A stretch of 64,000 bases of DNA from an uncultured Gammaproteobacteria bacterium (GCA_964406775.1 CAYOSW010000005.1:1362-65361); one strand, 5' to 3'. Shown: positions 53,543 through 63,660, counted from the stretch's first letter. The notes: generated from the sequence alone by a model not told the origin. Translations and numbers: made by a program.

Positions 53543-54517
53543 ATGGATGTTTCAGAAATTGCAAAAAAATTATCATCTCCCCCGGGAGTAATCGTCGCAG
53601 CAGATGAGTCACCTTCAACAATGAAGGCCCGCTTGGATGCAGTCGGTATACCCGATTCATTTGAAATGAGGGCTAAGTGGCGGGAATTAATTACCGGGGC
53701 CGATATCGCAGAGGCCGGCGCCACTGGAATAATCTTACACCCCGAGATGCTCGATGTGCCGGAGGTGATAAGCAACTTAAAAAAACATAATATTGTCATC
53801 ATCGTTAAAATAGACGGTGGGCTTTCCGATTTTAACGACCGGGGCGAACAGGTTACGAAATATGCTGAAAATTTGACGGAACTTTTGCAAAAATGGAAAG
53901 ATTTAGGAGCTTCCGCCACAAAGTTCAGAAGTGTTTTTAAAATAACCGATTCAACCCCTTCAGATGAATTAATTGCCGCAAATGCTAAGGTCCAGGCAAC
54001 GCTGGCAAAGATGACTCAGGATGCGGGTATGGTACCTATGATCGAGCCTGAGGTTTTAAGAGCCGGAGGCCACTCTCTGCAAAAAGATGCCGAAGTAACA
54101 AGTAAGGTTTTAGATACCGTATTCGAAGAAGTAAAAAAAGCCGGGGTTGATCTAACAACCTCAATACTTAAACCGAATATGATTACCCCCGGAGAAGATT
54201 CTCAAGATCAAGCGGATGCAGAGGATGTGGCAAAAGCCACGCTGAATGTATTAAATAATCACGCACCCAAGGAGCTTGCAGGTATTAACTTCCTGTCCGG
54301 AGGAATCAGCGATGAATTATCAGAACAATACTTGAATAAGATTTGCCAGCTGGCAAAAGAACAAGGCCAGGAAAATATAAGCGCTTCTTTCGGAAGAGCG
54401 ATAGTCGGGGCTCCACTTAAAATTTGGCTCGGAAAAGAAGAAAATATTGAAAAAGCCAGGGAATCTTTGGTGCAAAGAATTCAAAAAAGCAGCCTCGCCC
54501 GCCAGGGAAAACTCTAA
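53543..54517 (+). CDS. fructose-bisphosphate aldolase class I
   Basis: 324 aa ORF with GVIVAADESPSTMKARL, which matches the class I aldolase ILAADES motif. Also has the Schiff-base Lys region and a TIM-barrel length. Confidence 0.8.
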   Translation: MDVSEIAKKLSSPPGVIVAADESPSTMKARLDAVGIPDSFEMRAKWRELITGADIAEAGATGIILHPEMLDVPEVISNLKKHNIVIIVKIDGGLSDFNDRGEQVTKYAENLTELLQKWKDLGASATKFRSVFKITDSTPSDELIAANAKVQATLAKMTQDAGMVPMIEPEVLRAGGHSLQKDAEVTSKVLDTVFEEVKKAGVDLTTSILKPNMITPGEDSQDQADAEDVAKATLNVLNNHAPKELAGINFLSGGISDELSEQYLNKICQLAKEQGQENISASFGRAIVGAPLKIWLGKEENIEKARESLVQRIQKSSLARQGKL

Positions 54518-54987
54518 AAATAACCCAAAAGTTTAGTCGTCGAGTGTTCGGGAATCTTCTTTAAAACTACCTTAACTATACCGCCTGCCTCTCGGGCCTG
54601 AATTTTCTTTACTGACACATTAGGATCTCCTGCAGTTACCGCTATAATATCGGGAGAGATTTTTCTTACGATATCGTTATAATCTTCGCTCTTAAAAGGC
54701 CCCGGTAATGGCACCACAAAATCCACAAATTCAATCGCCGACAAAACTTTTGCCCTATCCCTGAGACTATTAACGGGCCTTTCTTTGCCCTTTAAAAGTT
54801 TAATCGCCTGATCTGATTCCAAAAGCAAAACCAGAACACCTCCTGAGCTTTTGGCTTTTTCCAAAAAGGAAATATGTCCGATATGTAAAATATCAAAACA
54901 TCCGCCTGCCAGAACTATTTTCTCGCCTTGAGCTCGATACTTTTCCAAAATAGAGACAATCCGCGAAACGCTGACAATTTTTTTCAT
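54514..54987 (-). CDS. cytidylyltransferase-like nucleotidyltransferase (RfaE domain II / HldE-C-like)
   Basis: 157 aa ORF with the HxGH motif GGCFDILHIGH and SD....LKGKERPV, as in heptose-1-phosphate adenylyltransferase. Confidence 0.7.
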   Translation of the reverse strand: MKKIVSVSRIVSILEKYRAQGEKIVLAGGCFDILHIGHISFLEKAKSSGGVLVLLLESDQAIKLLKGKERPVNSLRDRAKVLSAIEFVDFVVPLPGPFKSEDYNDIVRKISPDIIAVTAGDPNVSVKKIQAREAGGIVKVVLKKIPEHSTTKLLGYF

Positions 54988-55023
54988 GCCTCAAATTCTA
55001 GATTTATTTGAGCCATTTTGCAA

Positions 55024-55359
55024 TCACGCCTGCTTCTTCTTCGGTTTTGCTTTCGTCTTAGTTTTTTTTGAACTCTCAGATTTACCGGCCTCTAATCTAT
55101 TCTTTACCGTCGCAGCCTCTTTTTGAACTATATCCAAAACATCAAATCCCTGTTTTTTCAAGCCCTCAAGCGCCTGTTCCAATTTTTTACGGTTTTTCTT
55201 ATTGGATAAGATTATCGCTCCCGCACCTACCGCTGCACCTAAAGCAGCTCCTGCAAGCGATGCAATCACGGGATTCACCTGACCTTTATCATTATTATTA
55301 TCTTCCGCCATTTTCTTCACCTCCGATCTTTTTACTATCTTACCAGATAGCGTCAACAA
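55024..55359 (-). CDS. small membrane protein with Lys-rich tail
   Basis: 111 aa ORF with one Gly/Ala-rich TM helix and a K-rich C-terminus. Confidence 0.3.
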   Translation of the reverse strand: MLTLSGKIVKRSEVKKMAEDNNNDKGQVNPVIASLAGAALGAAVGAGAIILSNKKNRKKLEQALEGLKKQGFDVLDIVQKEAATVKNRLEAGKSESSKKTKTKAKPKKKQA

Positions 55360-55425
55360 TAATTGACAGTATCAGCCGCTAGATTATAATCAACTAATGT
55401 TACAAATCATAAGGGGTTCAGAGTA

Positions 55426-55962
55426 ATGGAAATTGCTGTTTTTGCAGGAGGATGCTTTTGGTGCACCGAAGCGGTATTTAAAAGACTTAAAGGCGTTGAG
55501 GAAGTTGAATCCGGTTATTCAGGTGGACGGACGGAAAATCCTACTTACGAAGAAGTCTCATCAGGGGAAACAGGTCACGCTGAAGCGATACGGGTTAAGT
55601 TTGATCCCGAAATTATAACGTACGGACAACTTGTCGAAATTTTTCTTAAACTTCACGACCCTACAACACTAAATCAGCAAGGAGCCGATACCGGAGAACA
55701 GTACCGCTCAGCAATTTTCTATCTGAATGAAGCCCAAAAAGAAATTGCCGAAGAAACTGTGGATAAATTCAGCAAAGAAAAAATATATCCCGATCCGATC
55801 GTAACGGAAATCGTGCCTTTTGAAAAATTTTATAAAGCCGAAGGCTATCATCAGGATTACTACGAACAAAACCGGAATTCAAACGCTTACTGCAGAATAG
55901 TTATCGATCCGAAGATACAAAAACTTTACCGGGATTTTAAAGATCAAGTCCGCGAATTTTAA
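55426..55962 (+). CDS. msrA: peptide methionine-S-sulfoxide reductase
   Basis: 178 aa ORF with the catalytic GCFWC motif (FAGGCFWCTEAVF) and GYSGG...NPTYEEV..G.TGHAE. Confidence 0.9.
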   Translation: MEIAVFAGGCFWCTEAVFKRLKGVEEVESGYSGGRTENPTYEEVSSGETGHAEAIRVKFDPEIITYGQLVEIFLKLHDPTTLNQQGADTGEQYRSAIFYLNEAQKEIAEETVDKFSKEKIYPDPIVTEIVPFEKFYKAEGYHQDYYEQNRNSNAYCRIVIDPKIQKLYRDFKDQVREF

Positions 55963-57986
55963 AGATCGAGCACAACACCGGACTTTGCGGGATCCGCTTT
56001 TAAAATATAGACTTTCTCTCCGTTATTCTCAAAGTAGACATCCGTATTCACATAGAACAGCTCCGGTCTGCTTTTATAAACGTTATAAATAAGCTCTCCG
56101 ATATCTTTTTTTGACACTCCCGGCTCCGGCAGGAGATATCTAAATCTGCGGATCTTTACGCCTTTAATATCCTCCGCCTTTTTCTCTATTCCCTCTTCAA
56201 AATCTTTCAGTACTCCAACATATCTGGGATAATCATCCGGCACTGACTGCCTTACGGAATCTCCCACCTGCAATGAAGAATTCTTAATAGTTACATTTTC
56301 CAATTCATTCAGAGTTTTCGGCCACTCAATATGTCTGGTTATCATATAAACCGCTTTACCGTCTCCCGGTTTTGCAACAGCCACACCCCCCCGTCTAATC
56401 ATCGATAAAGGGATCTCTCCCTTTTCTATGATTATTTTTTTATCCGGGCTGTAGCCAGGCCATAAATAATCCCATTTCCAAACCAACATTGTTTGGTTAT
56501 TTACCTCCTTAAATTCAAAAACAGGGGCAAACCCCAATTCACCATACTGGGAATCGTATTTAATTCCATATCCGACATCGGTCAAGTCCCCTTTCCGTTT
56601 AATATCATTTATTTTGACTTCAATTTTTTTCACTCCCAAAGTTTCATAGAAACTTTCAAGGTCTGAAATAAATTTTTGTTCGGGAATTGTTTTTCTCTGA
56701 TCCGGATCTATGCTTCTGTAAAGTTCGCGGTAAGCTCTTTTTGCAATAAAGCTCCCCACTGCCTCAGAGTTTGAGTAATAATTTTTGGATGCCATACTGT
56801 TTGTTAAAAAAGGAAGGTTCAATAGTGCGATTATTACCAAGATAAACCAGTATTTTTCCCACCGTGAATTTTTTCCAAAAAAATAGGAGGCTGATAAAAC
56901 AAAACCCGGAATTGCCGGCATTAAATACCTGGGCCAAAATGAAAGGAAAGTGTTGACGATTAAAAATATTAAAGTCACACCCGAAATATAAATCCACATT
57001 TTCTCCTTCTTTTTTAAAGCCAAAATTAAAACTATTACTGTCGCTAGAACTCCTATAGGTAAAAGAGGAGACCAGTCTCCTAATGTAATTTTTCCTATAT
57101 CCCACCAGCCCTGATAACTGTTCATAAATATGCCTCTCCATTGATTCAGATGATCGATATTACTGTCGGGGCTTAAGTAAAAATCCAGCTGTTTTTGATG
57201 TAGTTTAACCCAAGGTATCGGATTCGGGTGTCTCGAGAAGTAAGCGATATACGAAAGACAGTAGCCGGCAAAAACAGAGCCTGCATAAAAGACAGGATTA
57301 AAAAGCTTATTTACTATTTTTTTACCGTCCCAGACAAGCAGCAATAATCCGAGTAAAAGTATCGGTGGAGTGTAAACTCCGATTTTTGTACCAGTCGCCA
57401 AACCCAAAAAAATTCCCCCTATAGCTAGCGAGAAAAGTTTTTTGTTCTTCAAGTGTTTTACAAAAAAATAAGCATTTGCCAAGAAGAAGCAGGTAACAGG
57501 CAAATCCAGCATCGTATCCCTGATCTGGGTCGCGATGAATGGCGTGGTTACAAATATGAGCTGTGCGGCCAGAACTGTCTTCTCACTCTTAATAAGCAGT
57601 TTTAAGAAGATATAGAAGATCCCAATCGTTGATAGATAAATTACCAAACTTATCAGATACGGATTCGAAAAATAATATTCTGCCAATCCGTACAGATATT
57701 TACCGAAAGGAGGAACTTCGTAGTTCAGATAAAAAGTATTCTCACCCTGAACCAATCGGTATCCGACAAACTTGTAAAGCATCCCGTCCGATATACCTCT
57801 TGTACTTCCGGGTATATTCCACTGGGAATGATAGTAAAGATTTTCATAATATTCCGGTTCATAAACAAAAAAGAAAATCTGTCTTGAGAAAAAAATCACA
57901 TAGGCAACAGTTATTAAAACCGCTGTTACAAGCAATATATGAATTGTTTTTGCGGAGTGGTTAAAAAATTTTTGAAGCGGAAACAT
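55959..57986 (-). CDS. GT-C fold glycosyltransferase (PMT/ArnT, GT39/GT83-like) with C-terminal extracytoplasmic domain
   Basis: 675 aa ORF with about 11 N-terminal TM helices and a roughly 250 aa soluble C-terminal domain. Family assignment rests on architecture only. Confidence 0.5.
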   Translation of the reverse strand: MFPLQKFFNHSAKTIHILLVTAVLITVAYVIFFSRQIFFFVYEPEYYENLYYHSQWNIPGSTRGISDGMLYKFVGYRLVQGENTFYLNYEVPPFGKYLYGLAEYYFSNPYLISLVIYLSTIGIFYIFLKLLIKSEKTVLAAQLIFVTTPFIATQIRDTMLDLPVTCFFLANAYFFVKHLKNKKLFSLAIGGIFLGLATGTKIGVYTPPILLLGLLLLVWDGKKIVNKLFNPVFYAGSVFAGYCLSYIAYFSRHPNPIPWVKLHQKQLDFYLSPDSNIDHLNQWRGIFMNSYQGWWDIGKITLGDWSPLLPIGVLATVIVLILALKKKEKMWIYISGVTLIFLIVNTFLSFWPRYLMPAIPGFVLSASYFFGKNSRWEKYWFILVIIALLNLPFLTNSMASKNYYSNSEAVGSFIAKRAYRELYRSIDPDQRKTIPEQKFISDLESFYETLGVKKIEVKINDIKRKGDLTDVGYGIKYDSQYGELGFAPVFEFKEVNNQTMLVWKWDYLWPGYSPDKKIIIEKGEIPLSMIRRGGVAVAKPGDGKAVYMITRHIEWPKTLNELENVTIKNSSLQVGDSVRQSVPDDYPRYVGVLKDFEEGIEKKAEDIKGVKIRRFRYLLPEPGVSKKDIGELIYNVYKSRPELFYVNTDVYFENNGEKVYILKADPAKSGVVLDL

Positions 57987-57995
57987 CCTTAAGAT

Positions 57996-60155
57996 TTAAT
58001 TCGAGTTTATCTCAAGAGTTATATTTTGGGGTAGTATTGGAAGTCTTAAAAACGGACTCGGCAAATGAGGTGTCACTTTTATATCCGCTCCTATTACGCT
58101 TTCATTTGACTTCAGAATTTCTTCGACTTTATCTGGTGTCTTAAATGTGATTTGAGATTTTAATTTATTAAGGTCAAGCTTAGGCATTAGCTTGGCCTTA
58201 AATTTAGCGGTAAATATTATTTTTCCGTCTTTTTCTACTTTAGAGACCGTCGCCTGAGTCTCGGTTCTTTGCAGATCTAAATCATAACCATCGGGAATAG
58301 TGGTCACAACAAGTTTTCCGACAATACTCTTCAGATCGGTGTCTGAATACGCTGTTCCTTTAAGATTCAAATTCAGAGTTAAAGAAAACTCGGATGCCTG
58401 GTCACCTGGATTTTTCGAGAATGATTGTTTTAAAACTTTTTCTATAAAAGTTTCTTCCAAAATCTTCATATCATCAGTAAGCTTTCCCTGCACTTCTTCC
58501 TGAGCTCTTTTTTTAAGATCTGAGGTTAAAGTTGCCAAAAGCTTCTTCTGATCTTCTGCAGTCACGACAGTTACATCTTTAGATATTCCTCCGGAAAAAG
58601 CCGTATCAACTTTCGCCGAATACTGGTCGGTTCCGAAACCTTTTATGGTCATCTCCTTTCCAGCAGCCAAATTCCCGTCAGGTCCTATGGTTGACGCAGT
58701 GGCACTCGCGGTTCCTTTACCGAAGGAGATCCCACCATCAACTGCGGATTGAGATGCGATATTAACACTAGTATCCAGAACAAAATTAAGATTACCGGGA
58801 CCGATAAGTACAGTCCCCTGAGAGAATGTCTTCGGTGATGCGGTTTTATTATAAATCACAACAGTTCCTTTGGCCGGATCACCGATTTGTTTTTTACCCG
58901 TAGCGGCGGCCTTACTGGTACCGTCTACTGTCGTTTCAACAACTCTGCCCGGGATTTGCTTATTAGCCTCATCCATTGCGGTAATTTTAGGATCAGCAAC
59001 TATCTGGGTCTCTTTTTCAAGGATTTTCGGATCAACAAACATTACTACTGTTGCTTTCGGCAGAAAAACATAGGCCCCGACCAGTACGATGAGAATTATA
59101 AGAGGCACTAAAAGAGTGAAACCGAACCCGCCTGCCAGCCTTAACGGATTAGGGAACCGGGAGAAAAAACCGCCGGTTGAAAACCCGTTTTTTATAGCTC
59201 CACCCATCTTTCTCGGCATATTCGTCTGATAGGCCTCAAGTTCAGTCCGGGCCGTCTGATCTTTTTGCATCTGCTCAATATCACCTTCAGCAAAAGCAGT
59301 CTCATATTTTTCCTCAACAGGAATATGCTTAACCGGCTGAGGCGTGTGTGGAACAGTCGGTGCAATTGGTACAGTCTGGTGATCAAGATGAATATGCGGA
59401 TTAATTTCGGATGCTCCGGCAAAACTCAAGCTTTTTATTTCAATATCTTTCTCGAGCTCCTCAACCTTAGGTAAATGAAGAAAAGGCAACTGTCCCATCC
59501 AATTAAAGGACACCATTTCCTCTCTATAGTGAGACAGCTCACCGCTACCAAAAATTAATATCTTCGCCGGCAATACTTCTATATCTCCGAAGGACAGGAG
59601 GGCTTTCTCTATATCTCTCGGAAGGTTATTCCCCCGGGGCTGGTCTTTTGTGCCTAAAATTTTCCCGGCCTTAACTACTGATATCGAAATCGGATCTCCG
59701 ACTTCGACGATTATCGCGGTCACCGGAACACCGTCCTGACGCTGAAGGTAGTGGCATACTGCGTGCATTGTCGCCACATAAGCCATCGGGACAACATCCA
59801 ACTCTTTGACAAGCTGTTTCAGGACTTTTGAATATTTAGGCTTTAGATCCTCATCCGCCAGCCAGGAATCCGGTACCCCGAAGAGTATCTTTTCAGGTTC
59901 AGGCTGAAAGTCTGCCAGGGCTTCATCAAGGGCTATATTGGCGGCTTCAATTAGGCTGTGGGGGCTTTCCGAAATATCTTCAGGCTCGTGAAATTTTCTT
60001 CTGGCTACGGAAACAATCTTCACTTTACCGCCTTGTATTCCCCAGACGCAACCTTCGGCAATTCCTGGTTTAATATTTAAGCCAAAGTAATATTCTTCCG
60101 GTACGCTTGATTTAGAAGCAGGCAAAAATTTAGACAGACTATCGAGTATAGACAT
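57996..60155 (-). CDS. FtsA/PilM-like actin-fold domain fused via a TM helix to a large extracytoplasmic domain
   Basis: 719 aa ORF. The N-terminus (YFGLNIKPGIAEGCVWGIQGGKVKIVSVARRK) resembles the first beta-hairpin of the FtsA/PilM ASKHA fold. A TM helix (GFGFTLLVPLIILIVLVGAYVFL) follows, then about 340 aa that are Thr/Lys/Gly-rich and beta-rich. Confidence 0.45.
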   Translation of the reverse strand: MSILDSLSKFLPASKSSVPEEYYFGLNIKPGIAEGCVWGIQGGKVKIVSVARRKFHEPEDISESPHSLIEAANIALDEALADFQPEPEKILFGVPDSWLADEDLKPKYSKVLKQLVKELDVVPMAYVATMHAVCHYLQRQDGVPVTAIIVEVGDPISISVVKAGKILGTKDQPRGNNLPRDIEKALLSFGDIEVLPAKILIFGSGELSHYREEMVSFNWMGQLPFLHLPKVEELEKDIEIKSLSFAGASEINPHIHLDHQTVPIAPTVPHTPQPVKHIPVEEKYETAFAEGDIEQMQKDQTARTELEAYQTNMPRKMGGAIKNGFSTGGFFSRFPNPLRLAGGFGFTLLVPLIILIVLVGAYVFLPKATVVMFVDPKILEKETQIVADPKITAMDEANKQIPGRVVETTVDGTSKAAATGKKQIGDPAKGTVVIYNKTASPKTFSQGTVLIGPGNLNFVLDTSVNIASQSAVDGGISFGKGTASATASTIGPDGNLAAGKEMTIKGFGTDQYSAKVDTAFSGGISKDVTVVTAEDQKKLLATLTSDLKKRAQEEVQGKLTDDMKILEETFIEKVLKQSFSKNPGDQASEFSLTLNLNLKGTAYSDTDLKSIVGKLVVTTIPDGYDLDLQRTETQATVSKVEKDGKIIFTAKFKAKLMPKLDLNKLKSQITFKTPDKVEEILKSNESVIGADIKVTPHLPSPFLRLPILPQNITLEINSN

Positions 60156-60209
60156 GGGACAACTACAATCTTAACACACCATGCAAAGCTGAAAAAGCCT
60201 TTTTAAGAT

Positions 60210-62066
60210 TTAAGCCAGCTCTGCCCTGATTCTGCGGATACCCGCCGAAATAGCCTCCTCTTTCGTGATTTTCAGACCTTTAATGATTCCTGTCTTCTCA
60301 ACGTGTGGACCGCCGCAAAATTCCAGAGAATAATAACTCCCCCTTTCGCGCTTATCTTTACTTGTCGGTTCCACAGCATAGTCAGGACCGATACAGTAAA
60401 TAGAGACATTAGACTTATCGTATTTTTCATCAAATAGTCCTATGGCATTCATAGATTTCGCTTCCTCAAAGGTCATATATTTGCGCTCAACCTTTAAATC
60501 TTCCGCAATTTTTTCGTTTACCAGCTCCTCCACCTCCCTTAACTCCTCATCAGTCATTTTTCTGTCGAATGAGAAATCAAACCTCAATCTTTCCGTTGTA
60601 ATATTCGAGCCTTTCTGAAAGACCTCAGGTCCCAGAACGTCACGCAGGGCCTGATGTAGGAGGTGAGTCGCCGTGTGGTATTTTGTTTCTATTTCGGAAT
60701 GCCCGGCTAATCCTCCGGCAAATTTTCCCACGGAAGCAGTCCGTGAAAGATCCCTGTGTTTTTTAAATTCATCCTCAAAATCAGCCTTATTGAGGGTCTG
60801 TCCTTTTTGACGTACCAACTCAATCGTCAGCTCGAGAGGAAATCCAAAGGTTTGATATAAATCAAATGCGGCTTTCCCGTCAATATTTTTAAGTTTGCCT
60901 ACCTCTTTTAGTCCTTTATCAAGCGATTTTCCGAATTTTTCCATCTCTTCAACAATCACTCTGACAACCAGTTCCCTTTGGGACTTTTCATTAATGCCGA
61001 ATAAGCCGTCATAAATTAATAAAACAGCATCTGCGCAGGCCGCTTCAAAAGCATCAGTAGGAATTTCTCCTTTATTAACCTTCCCGCGCAATTCGTGCAT
61101 CTTCACCGCTACGCGTCTTATAAGGCGGCGCAATACATAACCCTGCATCTTATTGGAAGGGAGGACCCCGGAAACAATTAAAAATGTTGCCGCTTTCAAG
61201 TGATCCGCAATAATCCGGATATTCGGCTTTGATTCATTCTGTGAATAATTTTTGCCTGAGTATTTTTCAATAAGCTTAATTACTGGCAGATATAAATCGG
61301 TATTAAAAATATCGGGATCGTCATTTGCTGCAGCCGCAAGGCGTTCGAGCCCTCCACCGAAGTCCACATTTTTTTGAGACAATTCCTCAAATTCCCCATC
61401 TCCGGTTTTTTTATACTGAATAAAAACTGAATTAGCAATTTCAGAGAATCTTCCGCACTCACAGTTGGGATGACATTTTTCTCCAAAAGCTGGGTCGTGT
61501 TTGACGGATTCGAACTCATAAAAAACCTCAGAATCCGGACCCCCAATTTCACCCACAGGCATTTTATCGGGCGTTCCCGACTTTGACCACCAGTTTTTTG
61601 AAACCCCGTATTCAAAAATCCGCTCTTCCGGAATCCCCAAACTTTTCCAAATCTCCCGACTCTCCTCGTCCTTCGGAACGAACTCATTTCCTTCAAAAAC
61701 AGTCACATACATTCTCTCTTTAATTAGCCCGAGCTCTTCCGTTAAAAATTCCCATATCCAGGATAATTGTTCTTTTTTAAAGTAGTCGCCCAGTGACCAG
61801 TTTCCGAGCATTTCAAAAGCAGTGGTATGACGGTTATCACCGACTTCTTCAATATCCTCGGCGCGGAAAGATGGTTGCGAGTTTACCAGGCGCACACCCC
61901 CTGGATGCTTCTCCCCCAACAAAAACGGCACTAGAGGCTGCATTCCTGATGAAGTAAAAAGCGTCGTCGGGTCATTCTCCAAAACCAGTTTTGCCGGTTC
62001 AATTTCTTGATGTCCCCGTTTAACGAAAAATGAAATGTATTTTTGGCGGATATCCCTGCTTGTCAT
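60210..62066 (-). CDS. alaS: alanine--tRNA ligase, compact form lacking the C-Ala domain
   Basis: 618 aa ORF with class II motifs (RHTTAFEMLGNWSLGDYFK), the editing-domain HTATHLLH and CGGPHV. No C-terminal C-Ala domain. Confidence 0.85.
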   Translation of the reverse strand: MTSRDIRQKYISFFVKRGHQEIEPAKLVLENDPTTLFTSSGMQPLVPFLLGEKHPGGVRLVNSQPSFRAEDIEEVGDNRHTTAFEMLGNWSLGDYFKKEQLSWIWEFLTEELGLIKERMYVTVFEGNEFVPKDEESREIWKSLGIPEERIFEYGVSKNWWSKSGTPDKMPVGEIGGPDSEVFYEFESVKHDPAFGEKCHPNCECGRFSEIANSVFIQYKKTGDGEFEELSQKNVDFGGGLERLAAAANDDPDIFNTDLYLPVIKLIEKYSGKNYSQNESKPNIRIIADHLKAATFLIVSGVLPSNKMQGYVLRRLIRRVAVKMHELRGKVNKGEIPTDAFEAACADAVLLIYDGLFGINEKSQRELVVRVIVEEMEKFGKSLDKGLKEVGKLKNIDGKAAFDLYQTFGFPLELTIELVRQKGQTLNKADFEDEFKKHRDLSRTASVGKFAGGLAGHSEIETKYHTATHLLHQALRDVLGPEVFQKGSNITTERLRFDFSFDRKMTDEELREVEELVNEKIAEDLKVERKYMTFEEAKSMNAIGLFDEKYDKSNVSIYCIGPDYAVEPTSKDKRERGSYYSLEFCGGPHVEKTGIIKGLKITKEEAISAGIRRIRAELA

Positions 62067-62142
62067 GGCTAGAATGATATCAAAGCGTGGCTCTTTTTAG
62101 AAGTTTGAGTTTACCAAGAAGTTCTTGCGATTCAAAAAAACC

Positions 62143-62412
62143 TTATTTTTTAGAAGACATAATCCCACTGATAATGTTCTTTATTGATCCTATTGAATTT
62201 TTCGCCATAAAGGCCACGATTGAAGCCATTACAACTTTTGAGGGAAGGTCGACCTTATCGGCTACGGCTTCAGTTTTATCCAGGATATCATTAGCTTTGG
62301 TAATTGCCCTTTTGATTGCCAAAAAGATCATTACCAGCGCAATTCCGATGATAAGGAAGATTACCGACCAAATTACAACTAATATAATTAAGGCTGCTTC
62401 AAGCGCGGTCAT
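62143..62412 (-). CDS. small two-helix membrane protein
   Basis: 89 aa ORF. Preferred over the overlapping plus-strand 110 aa ORF because both flanking genes are minus-strand and its hydrophobic helices are cleaner. Confidence 0.35.
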   Translation of the reverse strand: MTALEAALIILVVIWSVIFLIIGIALVMIFLAIKRAITKANDILDKTEAVADKVDLPSKVVMASIVAFMAKNSIGSIKNIISGIMSSKK

Positions 62413-62436
62413 AAGATGATTATAACATTGTACCGA

Positions 62437-63075
62437 TTATTTTTTGATATAAACAGTTCTGTCTATTTTGGTTGACTGTCCGAATTTTGAGGTCGCAACA
62501 ACGGAGATATTGTTTACGGAGGAAGAAAGCTTAACTTCTTCCTTAAAATTCCCCGCCGTATCTGTACCTATTTCCTGATCATTTACAAAAACTTTGGTTT
62601 CAGGATCAGTTGAACCCTCAATAAGGACAGACGTTGCTTCCACAGTTTGGCCTTGCGACGGGCTGGAAAGATCTAGTTTAGGAGAGCCAACGAACTGTCT
62701 ATATTCAAACCAAAGATAGGCAAAAAAAACCAATACTACCACAGCAATAACAACCCCCACTAACCGCGAAGGAGTTATCAGAATCCTTTTCCTGCTCATC
62801 GGTTTTGATAAGCTTTCCAAAATTACAGGAGGATGCTTTTTAGACTCAAAATCCCGTCTTAGAATCGCCATCAGTTTACCGGCTTCCAGCCCTAAAAACT
62901 TACCGTAATTTTTGACAAACCCCTGAATAAAAGTTAAGGGCGGCAGCTTAGCGTAATCATCTTCCTCAAGAGCTTTAAGCAACTCCTTCCTGATCTTGGT
63001 GTGTTTTTCCACCTCTTCCAGAGTATATAGCTTCGCTTCTCTTGTTTCTTTAAGTAGTTGACCGATTGTCCTCAT
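62437..63075 (-). CDS. RodZ-like cytoskeleton protein (XRE HTH, TM, C-terminal domain)
   Basis: 212 aa ORF with an N-terminal HTH (TIGQLLKETREAKLYTLEEVEKHTKIRKELLKALE), one TM helix and a periplasmic C-terminal domain. Confidence 0.6.
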   Translation of the reverse strand: MRTIGQLLKETREAKLYTLEEVEKHTKIRKELLKALEEDDYAKLPPLTFIQGFVKNYGKFLGLEAGKLMAILRRDFESKKHPPVILESLSKPMSRKRILITPSRLVGVVIAVVVLVFFAYLWFEYRQFVGSPKLDLSSPSQGQTVEATSVLIEGSTDPETKVFVNDQEIGTDTAGNFKEEVKLSSSVNNISVVATSKFGQSTKIDRTVYIKK

Positions 63076-63102
63076 GATGCATTATTATACCCTTAAGCTT
63101 AG

Positions 63103-63660
63103 TTGCTTGCCAAAGGCTATCTGAATATAATATGGCCAATGTCCGATACGAATCAAACTAACCCTCCCAAAGGGGATTTCGATAAAGCCGATAAGTATAT
63201 TAACCAGCTTGCAGAGCTGATAAATCAAAAAAGAATTGAGGTTTTTCATACCGACTTAAAAAAATTTGATCCTACAACACTCCAGGACCACTATACGATA
63301 AAACTCCAAGATTACCAGATAGAAATCAGTCATAGTAAACAGCCGAATACCGGTAAAGACTCATTTGTAATGATTTTTAACAACTTTAAAAACTTAAGCG
63401 ATGGTAATGGTGCGAAGGCAATTTTAGCTTATATATATCTTGCCGACTCCCATTTCTCCAAGTTTAAAATCGTTGCAGACAGGCAGATTGAAGACAGAAG
63501 AAGGGCAGAAGAAGAAAAAAGATTTAAAGAAGCTTTGGCCCCTATCGATAATTTACTAAGTCAGGCCCAGACACTGCCAGATTCCTCAGCGACTCAAAAA
63601 ACTGCCCCTGCCTCCCCCCAGCTTCTTTCCTTTGACAACCAATCCACACTGCTCGACTAA
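63103..63660 (+). CDS. hypothetical protein
   Basis: 185 aa ORF with no recognisable motif. Charged, helix-prone C-terminal half. Confidence 0.35.
   Translation: MLAKGYLNIIWPMSDTNQTNPPKGDFDKADKYINQLAELINQKRIEVFHTDLKKFDPTTLQDHYTIKLQDYQIEISHSKQPNTGKDSFVMIFNNFKNLSDGNGAKAILAYIYLADSHFSKFKIVADRQIEDRRRAEEEKRFKEALAPIDNLLSQAQTLPDSSATQKTAPASPQLLSFDNQSTLLD

Noticed and set aside
53518-53919. 133-aa minus-strand ORF antisense to the class I aldolase gene.
   Set aside because: It lies inside a confidently assigned aldolase CDS and has a low-complexity S/P/I-rich translation.
62087-62419. 110-aa plus-strand ORF overlapping the 89-aa minus-strand small membrane protein.
   Set aside because: Only one of the two can be real. 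The minus-strand ORF matches the orientation of both neighbours and has cleaner TM helices. The plus-strand ORF cannot be fully excluded.
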